Source: the human T2T-CHM13v2.0 reference genome, Homo sapiens. From it: a stretch of DNA of 64,000 nt. Positions 50,227 through 64,000 of this stretch are shown piece by piece (position 1 is the stretch's first letter; every line of letters begins with the position of its first letter). A program made the position numbers and the translations under genes. The stretch lies in assembly GCF_009914755.1 (NCBI RefSeq), contig NC_060937.1. One strand, 5' to 3'. The notes under the pieces were generated by a model. It saw only the letters and a program-made list of their open reading frames with translations. It did not search any database and was not told where the DNA came from.

Positions 50227-53165
50227 GGGATATTAGTTCTTTGTCGAATACACAGTTTGCAAATATTTTCTCCCATTCCATTGGTTGTCTGTTTACTCTG
50301 TGATTTTTCTTTTGCTGTACAGAAGCTTTTCAGTTTAATTACGTCTCACTTGTCTATTTTTGTTTTGGTTTAATTTGCTTTTGGGGTCTTAGTTGTAAAT
50401 TGTTTGCCTAGGCCAAGGTCTAGAAGAGTTTTTTCTATTTTTTTTTTCCTAGAAATTTTATGGTTTCAGCTTCTACATTTAAGTCTTTCATTTATCTTGA
50501 GTTAAATTTTTTATACATTGAGAGATAGATAGGGATCCAGTTTTATTCCTCTGCATTTAGCTATCTAATTTTCCTAGGATTTATTGAGTTGGGTGCCCTT
50601 TCCCCAGTGTATGCTTTTATCTGTTTTGTGGAAGATCAGGCAGTTGTAGGTATTTGGCTTTATTTCTGGATTCTCTATTCTGTTCCATTGGTCTATGTGT
50701 CTACTACAGCATTGTACAGCATTGAAGTTAAGCAACATGATGCCTCCAGCTTTCTTCTTTTTCCTTGGGATTGCTTTGACTATTCAGGCTCTTGTCTAGT
50801 TTCATATGAATTTTAGGAACTTTTTCTAATTCTGTGAAAAATGACATTGGTATTTTGATTGGAATTGCATTGAATCTGTAGATTGCTTTGAGCAGTATGG
50901 TCATTTTCACAAAGTAAATTATTCCCTTCCATGAGTGTGGGATGTTTTTTCATTTGTTTGTGTTACTTATGATTTACTTCACCAGCATTTTGTAGTTCCC
51001 GTTATAGAAATATTTCACCTCCTTGCTTAAGTATATTCATAGGTATTTTATTTTTATTGTAGCTATTGTAAATTGGATTGATTTCTTCATTTGAGTCTTA
51101 CTTGATAGTTGTTGATGTATAGCAGTACTACTGATTTATATACATTGATTTTGTAACCTGCAACTTTATTGAATTCATTTATTCAAACTAGGAGTCTTTT
51201 GGAGAAGTCGTTAGGGTTTTCTAGGTATAAGGTTATATTATCAGCAAATAGAGTTTGACTTCCTCTTTTTCAATCTGGATGCCCTTTCTTTCTTACTCTT
51301 GCCTTAGTGCTCTGGCTAGAGTTTCCATTCCTTGTTAATAGAAGTGGTAAAAGTGGGCATCCTTGGCTTTTTCCAGTTCCGAGGGGGGATGTTTTCAACT
51401 TTTCCCCATTCAGTACAATGTTGACTGTGTATTTGTGATATATGTCTTTTATTATTTTGAAGTATGTTCCTGCTATGCCTAGTTTGTTGTTTTTTTTTAT
51501 CATCAGGACATGTTGGATTTTATTGAATACTTTTCCTGCATCCATTGAAATTATATATAGTTTTTGTTTTTAATTCTGTTTATGTAGTGAATCACTTTTA
51601 TTGACTTGGATATGTTGAATCATCCTTGCATCCTTGCACCCCTGGTATTCACCTTGTGGTGAATTATCTCTTTGGTGTGCTGTTGGATTTGGTTTGCCCG
51701 TATTTTATTAAGGATATTTACATCTATGTTCATCAGAGATATTGGTCCGTAGATTTATTTTCTGTTGTTGCATCCTTTTCTGGCTTTGGTATCAGGGTAT
51801 CAGGGTAATCCTGGTTTTATAGAATGAGTCAGAAGGGAATTTCATTCTTCTTGATTTTTTGAATAGTTTTAGTAGTATTGGTATCAAGTCTTCTTTAATC
51901 ATCTGGTAGAATTAGCTCTGAATCCATCTGGTCCTGGGCTTTGCTGTTGTTGGAAGATTTTTTATTCTAAGTTCAATCTCACTTCTCATTATTGATCTGC
52001 TCAGGATTTCCATTTCTTCAGGATTCAAACTTGGAGGGTTGTATGCCTCCAGGATTTTATCCACATGCTGATTTTCTAGTTTGTGTTCACTGAAGTGGTC
52101 ATAGTAGTCTTCAGTGAGCTTTTGTATTTCTGTGTTATCAGTAGTAATGTCCCCATTTTCATTTTTGATTGAGCTTATTTGAATCCTCTTTCTTCCTCAT
52201 GGTTAATCTAGCTACTGGTCTATCAATTGTGTTTACCTTGTTAAATAAGCAACGTTTTATTTCATTTATCATTTTATTTATTTATTTATTTTTGGTTTCA
52301 ATTTAGTTCTGCTCTGATCTTTCTTTCTTTTCTTCTGCTAGCTTTGAATTTGGTTTGTTCTTGCTTCTCTAATTCCTTGAAGTGTGATGTTAGGTCATCA
52401 ATTTGTGATCTTTCTGTCTTTTTGTTGTAGATATTTTAGTGCTATTAACTTCCCTCTTAGTAATGCTTTTGCCATATCCCAGAAATTTTGATAGCTTGTG
52501 TTAGTCTTATTCATTTGAAAAAAGTATTAATTTTTATCTTGATTTCATTATTTACCCAAAGATCATTCAGGAACATGTTGTTTAATTTTCATGTATTTGC
52601 ATTGAGTGTTAAGAGCTCCTCTTGGAATGGATTTGTAGTTTTATTCCACTGTGGTCTGAGAAGATACTTAATATGATTTTCATTTTTTTGTGATTTATTG
52701 AGACTTCTTTACAGAGACCTTATTTCTGAGCTCTCTGTTCTGTTCCATTGGTCTATCACATGGTTTATCTTGAAAAATGTTCCATTTGCTGATAAAAAGC
52801 ATGTATATCCTGCAGTTTTAGGGGAGAATGTTCAGTAAATGTCTGTTAGTTCTAGAGTCTATTTGTTCTAGAGTCCAGTTTACATCCAGTGTTTCTATGT
52901 GTCTTTTTGCCTTGATGATCTGTCTAGGGCTGTCAATGGAGTGTTGAAGTCCCCCACTATTTTTTATTATTATTATTATTATTATTTTACTTTAAGTTCT
53001 GGGATACACGTGCAGAACGTGCAGGTTTGTTATGTAGGTATACGTGTGCCATGCTGGCTTGCTGCATCTATTGACCCATTCTCTATGTTCCCTCCTCTTG
53101 CCCTCACCTACCAACAGGCCAAGGTGTGTGTTGTTCCCCTCCCTGTGACGATGCGTTCTCATTGG

Positions 53166-56972
<3,807 letters not shown>

Positions 56973-57035
56973 TATGATGCTATCTGGTTATTTTGCACAT
57001 TCGTTGATGCAGATTCTTCATAGTGTCATTGGTCT

Positions 57036-58063
57036 TTATATTTTGGTGTGTTTTTGCAGTGGCTGGTACTGGTTTTTCCTATCCACATTTAGTGCTTCAT
57101 TCAGGAGCTCTTGCAAGGCAGGCCCGGTGTTGATGAAATCCCTCAGCATTTGCTTGTCTGGAAAGGATTTTATTTCTCTGTCACTTACGAAGTTTAGTTT
57201 GGCTGGGTATGTAATTCTGGGTTGAAAATTCTTTTCTTTAAGAATGTTGAATATTGGCCCCACTCTCATCTGGTTTGTAGGGTTTCTGCTGAGAGATACG
57301 CTGTTAGTCTGATTAGCTTCCCTTTGTAGGTGAACTGACCTTTCTCTCTGGCTGTGCTTAACATTTTCTTTTCCATCATTTTGACCTTGGAGAATCTGAT
57401 GATTATATGTCTTGGGGTTAATCTTCTTGTGGAGTATCCTGGGGTGTTCTTTGTATTTCCTGAATTTGAATGTTTGCCTGTCTTGCTAGGTTGGGGAAGT
57501 TCTCCTGGATAATATCCTGAAGTGTGTTTTCCAGCTCGTTTCCATTCTCCTTGTCTCCTTCAGGCACTCGAATCAATCGTAGGTTCAGTCTTTTTACATA
57601 GTCCCATATTTCTTGGAGGCTTTGTTTTTTCCTTTTCATTCCTTTTTCCTCTAATCTTGTTGGCATGTTTTATTTCAGCAAGGTGGTTTTCAAATTCTTA
57701 TATCCTTTCTCTCGCTTGGTTGATTCAGCTATTGATACTTGTGTATGCTTCATGAAGTTCTCGTGCTTTGTTTTTAATCTCCATCGGGTCATTTATTTCC
57801 TCTCTAAACTGGTTATTCTATCTAGTTAGCAGAGCCTCTAACCTTTTATCAAGGTTCTTAGCTTCTTTGCATTGGGTTAGAACATGCTCCTTTAGCTCAG
57901 AGGAGTTTGTTATTACCCATCTTCTGAAGCCGGCTTCTGTCAGTTTGTCCAACTGATCCTACGTCCAGTTCTGTGCCCTTGCTGGAGAGGCATTGCAATC
58001 ATTTGGAGAAGAGGCACCCTGGCCTTTTGGATTTTCAGTGTTTTCTAATTGATTTTTTCATAT
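57036..58063 (-). pseudogene. L1 ORF1p, disrupted
   Basis: 'QSLQEIWDYVKRLNLRLI' (57418-57666) and 'LKEKNFQPRITYPAKLNF' (57036-57269). Confidence 0.88.
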
Positions 58064-60530
58064 CTTTATGAGTTTGTCTCATTTTGATCTTTGAGGCTGC
58101 TGACCCTTGGATGGGTTTTTTGATGCTGTTGTTGTTGCTTTCTGTTTGTTTTTCTTTCAATGGTCAAGTCCCTGTTTTGTAGGGCTGATGCAGTTTGCTG
58201 GGGGTTTACTTCAGGTCCTATTCATCTGGTTTGCTCTCACACCTGGAGATGTCACTCAAAGAGGCTGGAGAACAGCAAAGATGAGTGCCTGCTCCTTCCT
58301 CTGGGATCTCTGACCTCAAGGGGCAACAACCTGATGCCAGTAGGATTGCTCCTGTATAGGGTTCCTGACAACTCCTGTTGGAGGGCCTCACCCAGCTGGG
58401 TGGTGTGGGGAACAGGACCCGTTTAGTGAAGCACTTTGAGTGTCCCTTGGTGAAGAGGGTGTGCTTCGCTGAAGGTAAAACCCACTGGTCTGGGCAGCCT
58501 GGATTCCTCAGAACTACCAGGAGGAAAGGCTAAGTCTGCTGGTCCATAGAGACTGTGGCCACCCGTCCCCCAAGGGGCTCAGGCCCAGGTAGATCAGAGT
58601 TCTGTCCCTGAGCACCTGGCTGGAGTTGCTGGAGTTCCTCCAGGGCAGCCTTGCCCAGTGAGGAGTGATGGGTCAGGGTCAGGCCTGAAGAGACGCTCTG
58701 GCTGCAGTCTTCCCCAGCTGGTGTGTTGGGCTGTGGGGAACACCTCTTGGGACCAAGCCGTCCAGCCTCCCTGGCTCCAGCAAGGGAAAAATGTGGCCTA
58801 GAACTATAGACATGGCTGCCACCCTTCCCCCTGCTCAGGGAGCTTAGCATGTTAGGCAGTTGTGAGTCTCAGGTCTTGCTGCTGCCCCTCCTTCCCCCAA
58901 GGAGCTCAAAGGGCTTAGACAGCAGGCAGCCACAGCTGTGGTGCTGGTTGCCCCTTCCCCCAGGAACTTGGCAGGCTTAAGCAGATTCTAGCTGAGAGAC
59001 TGTTGAGAATCTGCAGGGCTCCAGGGTTGAGACTGTATGCTCTGGTGGCACGGGTTCACAAGTGGCATCTTCCGATCCGTGGGTTGCACAGTTCCTTGGA
59101 AAAAGCTCAGTTCCCCTGGCTGGGTAGCATGCTCATTCACTGCCTCCCTTGGCGAGGGGTGGGCCTCCACCGCCCCGTGTGGCTCTCAAGTGGGCCACAG
59201 TACCACATTGCTTTTTCTTCCTCTCCATGGGTCACGCTAGCGGCCTAGTCAGTTCTGAGCAGAGAACCTAGATACCTCTGTTGCCAGTGCAGGATTCACA
59301 TGCTATTATGATTCTTTTTGATGGGAGCCTCCAATTGCTGCTGCTTCTAGTTGGCAATCCCCCACCACTATTATTGTATTGCTGTCAATGTGTTTTCTTA
59401 GGTCCAGTAATATTAGTTTTGTGAATCTAGGAGCTTCAGTTTTAGATTAATATATATTTATAATTATTACAACTTTTGTTGACTTGATTCCTTTATCATT
59501 ATATAATGACATTCTTTTTCTTTTTCTTCTGTTGTTAATTCAAAGTCTTTTTTTTCTGATATAAGAATAGCTACTGGTGCTTGATTTTGATTTTAATACG
59601 TGTGGAATGTTTTTCTACCTCTTTACCTTGAGTCTATTAAGAATCTTTGTGAATTAGGTAGCACGTATTTGAATTGTATTTTGGTGGCAGCAAATATTCG
59701 ATGGCAGCAGATATTTGAATTGTATTTTTTAAATTCACTCTGCCAATCTATGTGATTTAAGTGGGGCATTTAGTTCATCTATATTTAAAGTTGATTTTGA
59801 TATGTCTACTACTGTTCTAGTCATCATGCTGATTGTTATCAGGTTGCTTTGTATTCTCTGCTGTGTTACTGTTTTATAAACACCATGAGTTTTACACTTT
59901 TGAGTATTTCTATATGGGTAGGATCAACATTTCATTTCAATATTTAGAACTCCTTTGAGTATTTCTTGTAGGGCAAGTCTAGTGGTGACAAATTCCTTCA
60001 GCATCTGCTTCTCTGAGAAAGAATTTATTTCTCATTCATTTATGAAACTTATCTTTTCAGGATACAAAATTCATGGCTGGCAGTTATTCTCTTTGAGAAG
60101 ACTAAAGATAGAATTCCATTTTCTTTGGACTGGTAATATTTCTGCTGAGAAGTCTGCTATTAGTCTGATAGTTTTTCTTTCACAAGTTATTTGATGATGT
60201 TGTCTCACTACTCTTAGAATCCTTTTCTTTCTATTGACTTTACATAGCCTGTTGACTGCTGACTTTATTCCATAGTGACATCCTTTTTGCAATGAATCTG
60301 CCAGGAGTTCTTTGGGCTTCTTGTATCTAGATATCTAAATCTTTAGCATGACACAGGAAGTTTTCCTTAATTATTCCCTCAAATAGGTTTTCCAAACATT
60401 TTGCTTTTTCTACTTCCTCCCCCAAAATAACTATGATTCTTAGGCATAGATGTCTTACATAATACTATGTTTCTTAGAGATTCAGGTTATTTCTTTTAAT
60501 TTTTCTTTACTTTTATCTGATTAGGTTAAT

Positions 60531-60535
<5 letters not shown>

Positions 60536-60564
<29 letters not shown>

Positions 60565-60840
60565 ATGGAATCTTGCTCTGTCACCAGGCTGGAGTGCAGT
60601 GGTGCGATCTCTGCTCACTGAAACCTCCAGGTCCTGGGTTCAAGTGATTCTTCTGCTTCAGCCTCCCGAGTAGTTGGAACTACAGGAACACACTACCACA
60701 TCCAGCTAATTTTGTTAGTTTTAGTAGATACAGTGTTTCACCACATTGGCCAGGATGGTCTCAATCCCTTGATCTCATGATTTGTCTGCCTCAGCCTCCC
60801 AAAGTGCTGCGATTACAGGCATGAGCCACTGTGCCAGGTC
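60536..60840 (-). mobile_element. AluSc-like SINE
   Basis: 'ctgtcaccaggctgg' single-base deletion and 'ggccaggatggtctc'; long T tract. Confidence 0.88.
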
Positions 60841-60855
60841 CAAAAGCATTTTCTT

Positions 60856-61159
<304 letters not shown>

Positions 61160-61750
61160 CAAAAGCATTTTCTTAAAGCTGTGAAAGTATTTCTTATGCT
61201 TGGTCTACTCTGTTACTAAATTTTCCACTGCATTTTGTAATTTCCCAAATGAGTCTTTCATTTCCAGAAGTTCTGTTTTAGTTTCTTTTAACTATCTATT
61301 TCTTTAGAAATTTTTAAATTCATATCCTGAATTTTTAAAATTTCTTTATGTTAGTTTTAATATGCTTCATGCATCTCACGGAGCACTTTTATAATCAATA
61401 TTTTGTATTCTTTATCTAGTGTTTCAAAGATTTCATTTTGGTTTGGATCTATTGCTAGAGTTAGTGTGATTCTCTGGTGATGTAAAACTCTGTTATTTCA
61501 TATTGCCTAGAATTATTTTTCTGTTTTTTTTCTTGTCTAAATAGGCTATTACTTGTTATTATTTTTTAATTTATTTTTGATTGGATTGGGCTTTTCTTCC
61601 CACCAAGGATATAACTATAATGTTAATATTGCCTAACTTTGGTTATGGATGCTTTAGTAGCAAAGTTTCTCTACGAATTTCTTGGTTATAGAGAAACTAT
61701 GTGCAATGGCTTTCTCAGATGCTGCTCATAGTTATGATATGCTGAGTGTG

Positions 61751-61966
61751 TGTATTTGTCAGGGTTCTCCAGAGGGACAGAACTTACAGGATATATGTGT
61801 ATATGAAAGGTAGTTTATTAGAGATAATTGGCTCACACAATCACAAGGTGAAGTCCCATCATGATAGGCCTTCTGCACACTGGGGAAGAAAGAAGCCAGT
61901 AGTGGTTCATCCAAGTTCAAAAGCCTCAAAAGCAGGGAAGCCAACAGGGCAGTCTTCGGTATGTGT
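61751..61966 (-). mobile_element. MLT2B-like ERVL LTR, 3' part only
   Basis: 'tgtatttgtcagggttctccagagggacagaac...ggctcacacaatcacaaggtgaagtccca'. Confidence 0.8.
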
Positions 61967-62085
61967 CAATGTATTTTTTATATATATATACACACATATA
62001 TTTATACATATATAAAACAAATATATGTATATTTATATTTTGGGGGGTATATATTCAATAATGAGATTACTCAGTCAAATGGTAA

Positions 62086-62211
62086 TTCTGTTTTAAGTTC
62101 TTTGAGAAATCACCACACTACTTTTCACAGTGGCCGAACTAATTTACACTCTTCTGTTTTAAGTTCTTTGAGAAATCACCACACCGCTTTTCGCCGAACT
62201 AATTTACACTC
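62086..62211 (+). repeat. Tandem duplication (66 + 60 bp) inside L1
   Basis: ttctgttttaagttctttgagaaatcaccacac...gccgaactaatttacactc occurs twice. Confidence 0.93.
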
Positions 62212-62613
62212 TTACCAGCAGTGTATAAGCATTTCCTTTTCTCTGTAACCTTGCCAGAATTTGTTATTTTTTGACTTTTTAATAGTAGCCATTCTGATTG
62301 GCATGTGATGGTATCTCATTGTGGTTTTGATTTGCATTTCTCTAATGATCAATAATTTTGAGCTTTTTTTCATATGCTTGTTGGCCACAAATATGTCTTC
62401 TTTTGAAAAGCGTCTCTTCATGGTCTTTGCCCACTTTTTAAGGGGGCCGTTTATTTTTGCTTGTAAATTTGTTTAAGTTCCTTATAGATTCTGGATATTA
62501 AACCTTTGTCAGATGCATAGTTTGCAAATATTTTCCCTCACTCTGTAGGTTTTCTGTTCACTCTGTATATAGTTTCTTTTGCTGTACAGAAGCTCTTTTG
62601 TTTGTTTAATTAG

Positions 62614-63131
<518 letters not shown>

Positions 63132-64000
63132 TGATTTTTATATGATGGGTAAGGTAGAGGCCCAGGCTTGATCTTCTGCATATGGCTAGCCATGTATCCC
63201 AGCACCATTTATTGAATAGTGAGTCCTTTCCTCATTGCTTGTTTTTGTCAGGTTTGTCAAAGATCAGATGGTTGTAGATGTGCAGACTTATTTCTGGGTT
63301 CGCTATTCTGTTCCATTGGTCTATGTGTCTGTTTTTATACCAATACCATGTTGTTTGGGTTACTGTAGCCCTGTAGTGTAATTTGAAGTCAGACAATGTG
63401 ATGCTTCTAGCTTTGTTCTTTTGCTTAAGATTGCCTTGTCTATTTGGGCTCCTTTTAGGTTCCATAAAAATTTTAAAATAGTTTTTTTTATAATTTTGTG
63501 AAGAATGTCATTAGTAGTTTGATAGGAATAACACTGAATCTGTATATTGCTTTTGGCAGTATGGCCATTTTAATAATGTTAATTTTTCCTATCCATGAGC
63601 ATGGAATGTTTTTCTATTTATTTGTGTCATCTCTGATTTATTTGACTAGTGTTTTCCAATTCTCATAAAAATCTTTCTCCTCCCTGGTTAGCTGTATTCC
63701 TAGGGATTTTATTCTTTTTGTGGGAATCATGAATGGGATTGTGTTCCTGATTTGGCTCTCAGCTTGTATGTTTTTGGTATATTGAAGTGTTACTAATTTT
63801 TGCATATTGATTTTCTATCTTAAAACTGCTGAAGTTTTTTATCAGCTTTAGGAGCATTTGGGCTGAGACTATGGGGTTTTCTAGATATATAATTATGTCA
63901 CCTGTGAACTGGGATAATATGACTTCCTCTCTACTTATTTGGATGTCTTTTATTTCTTTGTCTTGCCTGATTGTTCTGGCCAGGACTTCCAATACTGTGT

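Overview
AT-rich human genomic DNA (two AluYb8 copies point to Homo sapiens), intergenic or deep-intronic and dominated by transposable elements. I find no host protein-coding gene, RNA gene or CRISPR array; the recognisable ORFs are decayed L1, HERV-H or Alu-derived, and the rest are short and unrecognised. Landmarks: (1) a solo HERV-K(HML-2) LTR5B on the minus strand (38389-39348) lying head-to-head, 375 bp from a doubly deleted HERV-H provirus (LTR7 fused directly to gag-pro-pol remnants, no PBS, no 3' LTR), both in an L1MC1-like element; (2) a nested minus-strand stack at 49-64 kb: an L1PB holding an AluY, a full-length L1PA8A-like element, an AluSc and an AluYb8; (3) two near-identical AluYb8 in inverted orientation about 12 kb apart; (4) three candidate templated insertions (13.1, 28.6 and 52.7 kb). 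I see no evidence for a new biological system. The best leads are the back-to-back LTR pair lacking poly(A) signals, the inverted Yb8 pair and the templated insertions. Subfamily names come from my recall of consensus sequences, not a database search, and boundaries of old elements are approximate.
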